Shown here: positions 47,065 through 56,027 of the stretch, in pieces
How the letters are laid out: each line of letters opens with the position of its first letter
Position numbering within the stretch: the first letter of the stretch is position 1
DNA from: a bacterium
GTDB lineage: Bacteria; Patescibacteriota; Andersenbacteria; UBA10190; CAIZMI01
Assembly (NCBI GenBank): GCA_030647555.1
Contig: JAUSJG010000008.1
Location: 129,467 to 193,466, forward strand
Direction: 5' to 3'
Length of the DNA: 64,000 nt
Notes under the pieces: generated by a model
What the model saw: only the letters and a program-made list of their open reading frames with translations
Database searches by the model: none
What the model was told of the DNA's origin: nothing
Made by a program: the position numbers and the translations under genes

Positions 47065-48279
47065 ATGAACGAAAAAATGAAAGCGGCGATTGCTCTGACG
47101 TCGAAGGTTCAGAGTGTAATGCGGGATGTGGAGACTCGGCACATTGGGCGCGCAGATGTGGTGCAAGCCACGTTTTTGGCGCTCGTGTCGGGGCGACCCG
47201 CGTTTTTCCTCGGCAGTCCCGGAACCGACAAAACCGGGGCGGTGCAGGACATGGCCAGGCAAATTGCCGGCGCCGTGTTCTATGATGTGTTGATGCCGAC
47301 CATCGTGTCGGTTGAGCAACTCCTTGTTGAGTCCACCTCGATCGAGGAAGCGTCCACAGCGGGAGGCGGAAAGTCAATCCGTACCCGTGACACGCTGGGA
47401 CGCGCCGCGTTGGCGCACTTGCTCTTTGCTGACGAGATCTGGAAAGCGGAACCCCGTGTTCTGCAGACCTTGATCGACTTGAGCAAGGGCGACGGGGTGC
47501 GTCACGAAGGCCAGATGGTGGCAACACCGTTGCTGGCTTTTCTCGCAGCATCGAACGAGTTGCCGGAAGCCGAGGGCAACCTCGGAGCGATCTGGTCTCG
47601 GATGACCATCCGCGTGGTGGTAAATCCGTTGGATCGCGCGGGCAAAAATGAGCTGGTGAAAGCCCGGCTCGCTCGCGCTACCGGAGGTAGCAAGACGGCC
47701 ACGCAGACGCTGACGCTCGCAGACATTGAAACTTTGCGAACGGCGCGAAAATACGTCGATATCCCGCAAGGCGTCATTGACGCAGTGTTGGATGTCTACC
47801 AGGAACTTGTTGACGACAAGTCAACGGACTTTTCCTGGGCGTGGGCGGATGACCGGCGGTTCGGTCGCGTGTTCGACGTCATGCAGGCGAAAGCTCTGCT
47901 TGACGGACGGACAGTGGTCAGCAAGCAGGATTTGGCGGTGCTGGAGTGGTTGCTCTGGGACGTTCCCGAGCACATTCCAGTCGTCAAAGCGAAGCTTGCT
48001 CCGTACTGTCGGACGCCGTTTTCCGACGCGCAGGAGGCGGTAGATGCACTGCTCACTCCGGGCGGAGTGGTCGAGTTGGTGCGAAACGGGGACAGGGTCA
48101 AGGGTGTTCAGGCTATCACGCAGTGTGAGGCCGCCCTGACCGAGCTGAAACGTCTCAAGGGGGAGGCGGACAGCGGGACGTCGTCTAGAATTGCCGACTT
48201 GGTAAAACAAGTCGAGGCAGTTAAAGATGACGTGATCGCAGTCGTGACCGGGGCCAAAATGCCCCAAAGGGGAAACTAA
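47065..48279 (+). CDS. MoxR/RavA-like AAA+ ATPase
   Basis: FLGSPGTDKT, LFADEIWKA, AASNELP, DRRF. Confidence 0.9.
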   Translation: MNEKMKAAIALTSKVQSVMRDVETRHIGRADVVQATFLALVSGRPAFFLGSPGTDKTGAVQDMARQIAGAVFYDVLMPTIVSVEQLLVESTSIEEASTAGGGKSIRTRDTLGRAALAHLLFADEIWKAEPRVLQTLIDLSKGDGVRHEGQMVATPLLAFLAASNELPEAEGNLGAIWSRMTIRVVVNPLDRAGKNELVKARLARATGGSKTATQTLTLADIETLRTARKYVDIPQGVIDAVLDVYQELVDDKSTDFSWAWADDRRFGRVFDVMQAKALLDGRTVVSKQDLAVLEWLLWDVPEHIPVVKAKLAPYCRTPFSDAQEAVDALLTPGGVVELVRNGDRVKGVQAITQCEAALTELKRLKGEADSGTSSRIADLVKQVEAVKDDVIAVVTGAKMPQRGN

Positions 48280-48280
48280 G

Positions 48281-49957
48281 ATGGCCGAGAAGAAAGTCCG
48301 GCCGCTCACCCGGCAGGAGCTGATGCCCCAGCTGGTGACGGACGCGGATGCCTTCACGGCCCTGCGTTACATCCGTCACCGTGAGCAAATGCCGGCATTA
48401 CCCGAGCTTGCGGAAAAAGGACAGGAAGTCCTACCCGGAAGCGAAGGCGTGTTGGCGGATTTGTATGACGCGTTGTGGGATCCGGAGCCGAGCCTCAAGG
48501 AAGAGGTGGCGCCGGATCGGGAGTATTGGAAAAAACTCCTGGGCCAAACAATTGAAACGGCGGCCTTTCAGGAGTTGCACGCGGCTACACAGCTTAAGGA
48601 TCTGCAATCGGTCCTTGGGACAATCGCGATGGGCGAATCAGTCCTCGCGTTGGTATCAAAAAAGGACCGGGATGAACTCCAAAAGTTGAAAGAGGCGACG
48701 CAGGAAGCGGAAGACGTGGCGGACGAGGCGGGGCAGGCCGAAGCAAACGCGCAAGTGGCGCAAATGCTGGCGGATGCTGCTGCAGAACAGTCCGCGGGCG
48801 CGGGACAATCAGGTCAGCCGCAAACCGGTAAGCCTTCGGGCAAACCGGGAAGTGGCAAGGGACAGATGAGTCCCGACCAAGCGCGGAAAATCGCCAACGA
48901 GCTGGCGAAGACGGCGGCAAAAGCGCAAGCCGATGCCAAAGCCGCGCGGGAACAGGCCGATGAGAAACGGCTCAACGCGGAAATTCAGGCCGAGGATTTG
49001 TTGGGACAACCCGGCAGTGACAAGGCTGAGAAAAAACTGCGTGAGTTGACGCGAATCGGTTTGCAGGCCATCAAAGGTGCTCAAGCGAAGGTGGAGGAAG
49101 TTTCCGAAACCATCGAAGCTTGGGGGTTGGAGGATGGCGAGCTGACGCGCCAAGGGATTCCCGAAGCGTTGGCGCTTTTGCAACGCATGAAGCGAAGCGA
49201 AGCGCTGAAAAAGTTCGCCGGCCTTTTGGGTCGCCTGCGCAAAATCGCGGCGCGGAAAGCGCGTGCCAAAGTTTCGGGAGAAGGAGTGCGGGTCACGGTT
49301 CCGGAAACGGGTCGCGATATTCGCCGCGCTCACACCTCCGAATTGGTTGCACTTACTTCACCAGCCCTTCGTGTTAAAGGATTAACACGTTGGGCACGCG
49401 GTGAACTGCGGTTGGTAGGCCAGCGCGCCAAGCAAAAGCTTGGCCACGGTCCGGTGATCGTCTGTGAAGACGGATCCGGTTCGATGGATGGAGCCAAGCA
49501 ACAGTGGGCGAAAGGTGTGACGTTGTCACTCGCCCACTACGCGAAGATCCAAAAGCGGTCGTTCGGATGGGTGCTTTTTGACTCTGCTGTAAAGCAGGCG
49601 AAGGGTTACCCGCAAGGACGATTGTCTGCCGAGCAGATGCTGGAGCTGGCCGAGTCGCGGGCCGGCGGCGGAACGAATTTCGAAGTTCCGCTTCGCAAAG
49701 CCATGGAGATGATTCAGAAAGAAGGCCTCAAAAAAGCCGACATCTGTTTTATCACCGATGGCGAATGCGCGGTGAGCGATGAGTTTCTCCGGGAATTTCT
49801 GGCGGTCAAGAAGACGCACGAGGTCAACGTATTCACGGTTTTATGTGATGTTGGCTCGACGTCCGATGCGACCGTACGGCAGTTCTCGGATCGAGTGGTT
49901 CGCGTTTCCAGCTTCACGGCAGAAGAAGCGGAAAGTGCGGTGTTTGGTTCTTTGTAG
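48281..49957 (+). CDS. VWA-domain protein (ViaA/CoxE-like)
   Basis: MIDAS DGSGS, GGGTNF, FITDGE; Q/G/P-rich linker. Confidence 0.92.
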   Translation: MAEKKVRPLTRQELMPQLVTDADAFTALRYIRHREQMPALPELAEKGQEVLPGSEGVLADLYDALWDPEPSLKEEVAPDREYWKKLLGQTIETAAFQELHAATQLKDLQSVLGTIAMGESVLALVSKKDRDELQKLKEATQEAEDVADEAGQAEANAQVAQMLADAAAEQSAGAGQSGQPQTGKPSGKPGSGKGQMSPDQARKIANELAKTAAKAQADAKAAREQADEKRLNAEIQAEDLLGQPGSDKAEKKLRELTRIGLQAIKGAQAKVEEVSETIEAWGLEDGELTRQGIPEALALLQRMKRSEALKKFAGLLGRLRKIAARKARAKVSGEGVRVTVPETGRDIRRAHTSELVALTSPALRVKGLTRWARGELRLVGQRAKQKLGHGPVIVCEDGSGSMDGAKQQWAKGVTLSLAHYAKIQKRSFGWVLFDSAVKQAKGYPQGRLSAEQMLELAESRAGGGTNFEVPLRKAMEMIQKEGLKKADICFITDGECAVSDEFLREFLAVKKTHEVNVFTVLCDVGSTSDATVRQFSDRVVRVSSFTAEEAESAVFGSL

Positions 49958-49977
49958 CAGTAATTCTGCCACCGTTT

Positions 49978-50009
49978 GGGGAGTCCGGTTTTTGACTCCC
50001 CTCTTTTTT
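49978..50009 (+). terminator. Intrinsic terminator
   Basis: GGGGAGTC/GACTCCCC followed by TCTTTTTT. Confidence 0.75.
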
Positions 50010-50076
50010 CTTCCTTTCCAGCTTCGTGTTGGAAGGAAAGAATTGAAGTAAACACAAAAACAAAAGGAGGCCTACC

Positions 50077-52038
50077 ATGGCCGAAGAAAAGTTGATTGTT
50101 TTGTTGGAAACCAGGGCGGGCAAGAATCCTGGCGAAGCGGTTGCCACCCACAACAGGCGGCAAATCGTCTTTTTGCCCCGAGGAACAACGGTTGGAGTCA
50201 ATGTCCGCGTCGTACTCGAAGAGATTACGACTAAAAAGGACAGCAACGGCCGTTCGATGTATCGCGGCGTACCCGCGCCAGTTGAGTACGTTGACAAGTG
50301 GAAGATCAACGGGGACGGAAGAGTTTCCAAAATCACCGTCTCTAAGGATTGGCTCGGCGGCGAACGGGAGGAAGGCGTAATTGAAACGCGTCAACCCGCC
50401 ACGCGTGACGGGTCACCGTGGACACAGACCGAAAGCACAGTAAGTTGGGGTGCAACTCTGGCAAACTGTGCCGTTGATCTCGTGGACACAACGACTACTC
50501 CGTTGGAAACGGAGTATGTCGAAGCGGGTCAACTCGTCTGGAGAAAGACGAGTGAACGAGTGGGGAAAAATACGCGTCGCGTTACCGTCACGGGTATTCG
50601 CGTAACCGCGTTAGATGCCACAACGTGGCAACCTGCCTATCCGCCAGACTGGCAGATTTCAGCGTCTGTGGCGTACGATGGCGGAACAGTTTCGACCAGC
50701 GTAACGTGGGCGAACGCGCCCAAAGAAACGCGGGACGAGATCGAGAACCGTTATTGTGTGTGCGCTTGCAGTCGACAGCGATACGATGTTCAGAATTCCG
50801 ATGGTTACGCCAAGTGCGAAAAGTGTCGGGAGAAAGAACACTGCGTGCGCTGTGGTAAGCAGGTCAAGGTTGCGGTCATTGCTGACCGCCTGATCTGCGC
50901 GAACTGCAGACCGTATGAAGATCGGGAACAGCTCATTAATCGGGTTGTGCCTAATCAGACACGGCAGGAGTTGGCGCAACAAGCGACACGGCTTTTGGCT
51001 GGAAATGTTGTGCCACGGGAGGCGGGAGAAGCGATTGTTCGCTCCACGCTCGGTCAAGTTGAACCGGATTGGAAACGTAATGGCGTAGTCGAGAAGTGTG
51101 TTGGGTACGCCTGGTATTACTTCTGCGAGGAGGGAGTCTACGGTTCCAAGTTTCCGTCGGCAGCGCTGCAGATTCTGCAGGGACTTCCGCAGGCGACCGG
51201 TAACGGCCTTGTTGACCTGGTTTCTTGGGTGGCTGGTCGTCAAAAACAGGAGGAGTGTGAGCGTTGTGGTGACTTCTTCTGTGAAAGTCAGGCTGGGAGA
51301 TTCTTCACTCCTTCGCCGAGCGAAAGTGAATTGCAAAACCTTTGTGTAGCAGTTCGGCTTCGCGGGTCGGAGGCAGATCGTATCGAGGCCCTACAGAAGT
51401 ATCGGGAACTGGTCGAAAAGCTAGGTTCCGATGCTAAGCAGGTAAGCGAAATCGCGGAAATCCTAAACTCGGATGAGCAGGACTACGCAGCAGTTCTTGT
51501 CAAAATTCACAACCTCGGAAAAGATCTGGCTTCGGCTGAACGAGGAGAAATTCTCGTGAATTTCGGCGGTCACTTTCGCATGATGGGCTACACTGGCCAG
51601 GCTCAATATTGGGTCATTCGGCCAGATGGTTCAGAACGCGAGCCTGACGAAGTTGATTACCGGAAACGGTACACTTCGGAAGGTAATAAAAAGTGGTGGC
51701 TGGTTAGTTCGGATGAGTTGGCGATTTCGTGGTTTAAGGGCACTACTGCCTCGAGCCATCAATGTGTCGTCGACAAACTTCCGGCTGGTGGGTGCACGCC
51801 CGAGCAACTGGCAACTGTTGCTCAACTCGAGCAAGAGCTTTCGGCTCGGTTCGAGGGCTCTCATGGTTGCAGTGGTGATCCGAGTCCTAACATCGGTGAG
51901 GGATGGAACCTCAAGTCGAAGGATGAACCGGACGTGGATGAACCCTACGAAATCGGTCCGCCCGCTCCAGCCAACACGTTGGATGTCCACAAACTTTTCG
52001 GCGGGCAGGTGCGAAAAAAACCCGCCGGTCGAAAGTAG
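50077..52038 (+). CDS. 653-aa hypothetical protein with Cys-rich zinc-binding segment
   Basis: AGGAGG SD; CxC...CxxC...CxxC...CxxC. Confidence 0.85.
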   Translation: MAEEKLIVLLETRAGKNPGEAVATHNRRQIVFLPRGTTVGVNVRVVLEEITTKKDSNGRSMYRGVPAPVEYVDKWKINGDGRVSKITVSKDWLGGEREEGVIETRQPATRDGSPWTQTESTVSWGATLANCAVDLVDTTTTPLETEYVEAGQLVWRKTSERVGKNTRRVTVTGIRVTALDATTWQPAYPPDWQISASVAYDGGTVSTSVTWANAPKETRDEIENRYCVCACSRQRYDVQNSDGYAKCEKCREKEHCVRCGKQVKVAVIADRLICANCRPYEDREQLINRVVPNQTRQELAQQATRLLAGNVVPREAGEAIVRSTLGQVEPDWKRNGVVEKCVGYAWYYFCEEGVYGSKFPSAALQILQGLPQATGNGLVDLVSWVAGRQKQEECERCGDFFCESQAGRFFTPSPSESELQNLCVAVRLRGSEADRIEALQKYRELVEKLGSDAKQVSEIAEILNSDEQDYAAVLVKIHNLGKDLASAERGEILVNFGGHFRMMGYTGQAQYWVIRPDGSEREPDEVDYRKRYTSEGNKKWWLVSSDELAISWFKGTTASSHQCVVDKLPAGGCTPEQLATVAQLEQELSARFEGSHGCSGDPSPNIGEGWNLKSKDEPDVDEPYEIGPPAPANTLDVHKLFGGQVRKKPAGRK

Positions 52039-52054
52039 TTTCACTGTTCTTTTT

Positions 52055-52089
52055 GGGGTCGTTGTTGGATACAACGACCCCTCTTTTCT
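52055..52089 (+). terminator. Intrinsic terminator, duplicated at 52993-53026
   Basis: GGGGTCGTTG-TTGGAWA-CAACGACCCC followed by CTTTTCT. Confidence 0.85.
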
Positions 52090-52141
52090 CTAGCTCATGA
52101 GTGCTAGTCGCACTTGGTGAGCTGGAGTGAAAGTTTTTTCG

Positions 52142-52182
52142 GAGTCGACCAACCCGTCGCCATGGCGGGGAGGTCTTAACAA
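52142..52182 (+). repeat. Duplicated 41-nt gene leader, copy 2
   Basis: Matches 43185-43225. Confidence 0.95.
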
Positions 52183-52195
52183 CGGGAGAAAAAAC

Positions 52196-52948
52196 ATGGC
52201 GCGTTTCATTATGGTGGTGGTGATGATGATGGTGGTGGTGACCGCGCGGGCCGAGACGTTGACCGGAGAAAAGGTCGACGTTAGGATCGACGTGGAAGGC
52301 GTGTCCACGCGGTTTTTTGAGCCGCGAGATATCGCGGGTACGGTGGACGGAGGGTCGCAGGATGCGACCTATCGGTTCCGATACACCCTTCTCCAGCCCG
52401 GCGATGCGTATTCGATCGCGGTGCAATCACGGTCGAATGGTCTTCGGTACGGCATTGGAGTCGCCGTCGATGGCCGCTGTATCCTGACCGGCATGAAGGT
52501 GCCGGCGACGGTACAAATGGCCTCGAGTTGGCCGAACATGTACGTCGTTGGTGGCCGCGGTGGCGAGTTTCGCGGCTGGCGGGAGGATGCCGGAAACATC
52601 CGGCGGTTCGTGGTTTCCAGTGAGGACCGGTCGCTGGCGGCGACGCTTTGGAACGATCGATCCGCAACGGGGACGATCGTTGTCTCCATCTTCCGAGAAA
52701 CCCCATCGCAGGAGCCCATGATGAAGGGCGAGCGCGGGGTAAAAGGGCTCGGGACGGCCGCCGGCGAGCGCGAGGAATCGCGCGTCGTGTCGGTAGACTT
52801 TACATCTCGCCCGGTCGCGTACGAAGTCTTCGTACTTCGGTATGCGTCGAAACCCGAGTTGAAGAAGCTCGGGGTGTGGACGGAGGAGGCAGTCCCGAAC
52901 CGGTTCTGGCCGACGGAGAAACCGTTCATCGGCCGAATCCCCGAGTAG
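52196..52948 (+). CDS. Secreted conserved hypothetical protein
   Basis: Signal peptide ending ARA; VAVDGR, GWR, GTIVVSIFRE, LGTAAGE motifs. Confidence 0.85.
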   Translation: MARFIMVVVMMMVVVTARAETLTGEKVDVRIDVEGVSTRFFEPRDIAGTVDGGSQDATYRFRYTLLQPGDAYSIAVQSRSNGLRYGIGVAVDGRCILTGMKVPATVQMASSWPNMYVVGGRGGEFRGWREDAGNIRRFVVSSEDRSLAATLWNDRSATGTIVVSIFRETPSQEPMMKGERGVKGLGTAAGEREESRVVSVDFTSRPVAYEVFVLRYASKPELKKLGVWTEEAVPNRFWPTEKPFIGRIPE

Positions 52949-53077
52949 TAGTTTTTCCCCGAAAAGGATTTCGGGACGAGTGTTCTTTGTCCGGGGTCGT
53001 TGTTGGAAACAACGACCCCGCTTTTCTAAGGTTCATCGGAAACAGTTCGGTGGGTCTTAACGAAAGAACAAAATCTT

Positions 53078-53146
53078 TTCCATCAATGCCTAGTACACCG
53101 GCCTAAATTTATTTATTGCCGACAGTTGTACGAGGCATTGACGGGA
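53078..53146. repeat. Island hairpin motif, copy C
   Basis: Near-identical to 43102-43171. Confidence 0.95.
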
Positions 53147-53191
53147 CAAGAAAAAATGAGGTCGTTCTTAACATAACAAAGGGGACAAAAA

Positions 53192-53536
53192 ATGACGCGC
53201 ATGGAACGTGTCGTTGATTGGTTTTTGGGTGTGTATTTTCCGTTCATTACTATTTTTTCTGGCTTGTTTTTCGTGGTGTGGGTATATTTGACCACCAGGC
53301 CGGTACACGATTTTCCGGAATGGGGTTTTGTCTTGTTTATCTGTTGGGTGGTGGTGGCTGTGCCGGCTCTTCCTTTGATGATCCTCACGATAATTCAGGA
53401 AAAAATTCGGCGGATGAAAGATGAGGCCCAGTTTTATCGGGACTGCTACGTCATCACTTTTTGTGATGAGGGTGGCATCACCGAAGAGTCGGCCGTCGAA
53501 ACTGGAAATCCCTACCAAAGTCCGATTTATGAGTGA
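53192..53536 (+). CDS. Small 2-TM hypothetical protein
   Basis: AGGGGA SD; two TM helices. Confidence 0.7.
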   Translation: MTRMERVVDWFLGVYFPFITIFSGLFFVVWVYLTTRPVHDFPEWGFVLFICWVVVAVPALPLMILTIIQEKIRRMKDEAQFYRDCYVITFCDEGGITEESAVETGNPYQSPIYE

Positions 53537-53690
53537 ACGGATTTTGGTAATTCATTTTCTCTACATATTTTTTGCGTCTCGAGTACCACGTCATAACTCG
53601 CTGAGTTCTTACGTGGTTTTTTTAGAGCCCATCAATTTTTGGTGGTCTGTAATTAAAGTATATGTATAGATATATTGATACAATAAAAAC

Positions 53691-53731
53691 GGAGATTGCT
53701 TCGCCTCGCTGTTGCGATGGCTCGCAAAGAC
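53691..53731. repeat. GGAGATTGCTTCG...CTCGCAAAGAC palindromic element
   Basis: Same 41-nt frame at 54891-54931; inverted partial copy at ~41996-42010. Confidence 0.85.
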
Positions 53732-53742
53732 TGCGTTACACA

Positions 53743-54039
53743 GTCGCTAAAAGGCTATTGAGTCTAAAAATCCCCCGTCGCTACCTCCTTCGCTAAAGCT
53801 TCGGAGGTCAAGAAAGCTTCGGGGGACGCAGTGAGAATCAGACCCTGGGAGGTCGGTTACGATCCGCCCGCCCATTTTAATAAATGGGCGAGGTTCAATT
53901 TTCTCTCCTGACCGTGTCGCCTAAAAAGCACGCGGGAATCAAACAGGCACCTCGGTCCGTATCATTTCTCACTGCGCCCACCGTAGCTCATCAGAGCGAA
54001 GGAGGGTTAACGACTCGATAGCCTTTTGGCGGTTTTTTT
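53743..54039 (+). ncRNA. Structured ncRNA candidate, possibly 6S RNA precursor
   Basis: 22-bp closing helix 53743-53764/54012-54033 with 4 G-U pairs plus T-run; inner 11-bp helix 53827-53837/53966-53976. Confidence 0.55.
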
Positions 54040-54045
54040 GTGCGT

Positions 54046-54126
54046 GAATGATGAATTATGATATATGATTTATGAATATCGACGGTTAGTTTCTCATAAA
54101 TCATCATTCATAAATCATTATTCATT
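54046..54126. repeat. Inverted ATGAATG/ATTCATA heptamer-type repeat
   Basis: TGAATGATGAATTATGA...TCATAAATCATCATTCA; related units at 10741, 19074, 33903. Confidence 0.8.
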
Positions 54127-54153
54127 TTGTGAATGTTCAGCTATGATCAATAA

Positions 54154-55572
54154 ATGAATCAAACTTTCAAATCAGGTACAAAAGTGTATTGTTTAGGCGT
54201 TGGTGGTATCGGTCTTTCCGGTGTGGCACAGTGGATGAAAGAATTGGGTTGTGAAGTAAAAGGTTCCGATCGTGCAGTGTCATCTGTGACGCAAATGCTG
54301 GAAACCAAAGGTGTTTTAACAAAAATTGAAGAAGTGACAGAAAGTGTGCCGGAGAATACGGATATTGTTGTCTATTCCGACGCCTTACCATTTGAACATC
54401 CAGCCCGTGTTTTTGCTCGCGCGAAGGGAATCCGCGAAATGAATTACGCGCAATGTTTGGGGTTGTTGACGGAAGGGTATCGGTGTATTGCCGTTGCGGG
54501 AAGTCACGGCAAATCTACCACCACCGCGCTCATTGCCCACATCTTAACGGAGGCTGGTTTAGATCCCACTGTTGTTGTTGGAACAAAAGTTCCGACGCTG
54601 GGGAATGTAAATTTTCGTTTCGGGAGAAGCGATATTGTAGTGGTTGAGGCCGATGAATTTCGGAGCCATTTTCTGGAGCTTTCTCCAACGGTCGCAATTA
54701 TCAATAATATCGATCACGATCATGTCGATGTTTTTCCGACAATAGAATCTTATGTTGATGCTTTTAAAAAATTTGTTGTAAAAATAAAAGTTGGTGGGGA
54801 ACTTATATTGAATGTACACGATTCATATACTGAGAAATTGGCAGGGGAACGGGACGATATAAATGTAACTTTTTTTGAAAAGCGCGACGCGGAGATTGCT
54901 TCGGCTAGCCTGCGGGCAGCCTCGCAAAGACGGAATTATGTTGTTGATTTTCAAAAATATGACAACGGTCGGCAGTATTTTTCGGTGTCAAAAAATAATG
55001 TTTCGATGGGTGATTTTAATATTGCATTTCCAGGCGACCACATGTTGCTGGATGCTGTAGCTGCGATTGCGGCCGCAGTTCCTTTTCTGGATGATCTGGA
55101 AAAAATTCGTAACGCCATGGCCACTTTTCGTGGTACGTGGCGGCGTTTTGAGTTACTCGGAAAATATAAAAGTGCGACGGTGATTTCTGATTACGCGCAT
55201 CATCCAACAGAGGTGAAGGCGTTACTGCGTGGGACTCGACAGGCCTATCCAAATAAAAAAATTGTCATCGTTTTTCAACCCCATCAGAGCTCAAGAACAC
55301 AGGCATTTGGCAATGATTTTATTGAAGCGCTATCGCTGGCCGACGAAGTCCTTTTGGTTGAAGTATTTAGTGTTGCCGGACGAGATAATCCAAAAGATTT
55401 TTCCACTGATCGACATTGGGTTGAGGTCTTAAAACAGCGGGGCAAGGAGGCCTATTACGCTGAAGACTTGTTTGTGGCGGAGAAAATGTTGCGTGAAACA
55501 GAACCGACGGATGAGATTTTGTTGTTCGTGGGGGCGGGATCTATCGATCAATTGGCGCGGAAAATGGTCTAA
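54154..55572 (+). CDS. murC: UDP-N-acetylmuramate--L-alanine ligase
   Basis: GVGGIGLSG, GSHGKSTT, EADE, DHDH, DYAHHPTE, FQPH. Confidence 0.97.
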   Translation: MNQTFKSGTKVYCLGVGGIGLSGVAQWMKELGCEVKGSDRAVSSVTQMLETKGVLTKIEEVTESVPENTDIVVYSDALPFEHPARVFARAKGIREMNYAQCLGLLTEGYRCIAVAGSHGKSTTTALIAHILTEAGLDPTVVVGTKVPTLGNVNFRFGRSDIVVVEADEFRSHFLELSPTVAIINNIDHDHVDVFPTIESYVDAFKKFVVKIKVGGELILNVHDSYTEKLAGERDDINVTFFEKRDAEIASASLRAASQRRNYVVDFQKYDNGRQYFSVSKNNVSMGDFNIAFPGDHMLLDAVAAIAAAVPFLDDLEKIRNAMATFRGTWRRFELLGKYKSATVISDYAHHPTEVKALLRGTRQAYPNKKIVIVFQPHQSSRTQAFGNDFIEALSLADEVLLVEVFSVAGRDNPKDFSTDRHWVEVLKQRGKEAYYAEDLFVAEKMLRETEPTDEILLFVGAGSIDQLARKMV

Positions 55573-55609
55573 TTGTTTCGCTTTATTGTTTAGTGATAGA
55601 ATGTTGAAT

Positions 55610-56008
55610 ATGAATAAAGAAGAATTAAAACAAATAGTAAAAGAGGCGGTAATAGAGGGAACAAGTCAGTTTGCCACAAAGGATGATTTGCGGAATGAGC
55701 TTGATATTGTAAAAATTGAACTGCGCGAAGAAATGAAAGACATGAAAACTGAACTGCATGAAGAAATGGGCATGATGAAAACGGAACAACTTGAAGTTGC
55801 GAAGGGAATTAAAATGGAACTGCGTTTTGAAATCGGCGAGCTTAGAACGGAGATGGGAGAATACTATAAAGCTCATGATGAAAAAATGGATGAGGTGTTG
55901 CAGAATATGGATGTATTTGTTGGAAGAATTGAGGAGGAGGAACAAGAAAGAAAAATCAGTGATGTTCAAATTGAAAGAAGGGTGGAAAAACTAGAGCAGA
56001 GAGTATAA
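55610..56008 (+). CDS. Coiled-coil hypothetical protein
   Basis: FATKDDL and 11-residue repeats; RVEKLE end. Confidence 0.8.
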   Translation: MNKEELKQIVKEAVIEGTSQFATKDDLRNELDIVKIELREEMKDMKTELHEEMGMMKTEQLEVAKGIKMELRFEIGELRTEMGEYYKAHDEKMDEVLQNMDVFVGRIEEEEQERKISDVQIERRVEKLEQRV

Positions 56009-56027
56009 AGATTGGCGATTTTGACGC

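Larger units (their letters stand above)
42337..53560 (+). other. Accessory island between murG and murC
   Basis: All genes on the plus strand, visibly GC-richer, strong SD sites, internal repeats; no integrase or transposase. Confidence 0.75.

Noticed and set aside
51911-52426. Poly-His ORF on the minus strand
   Set aside because: Reverse complement of the GTG/ATG-rich signal peptide of the 52196 gene
41940-54150. Prophage or ICE integrated at the tRNA-like gene
   Set aside because: No integrase, phage structural or conjugation genes; no duplicated 3' fragment found at the right end
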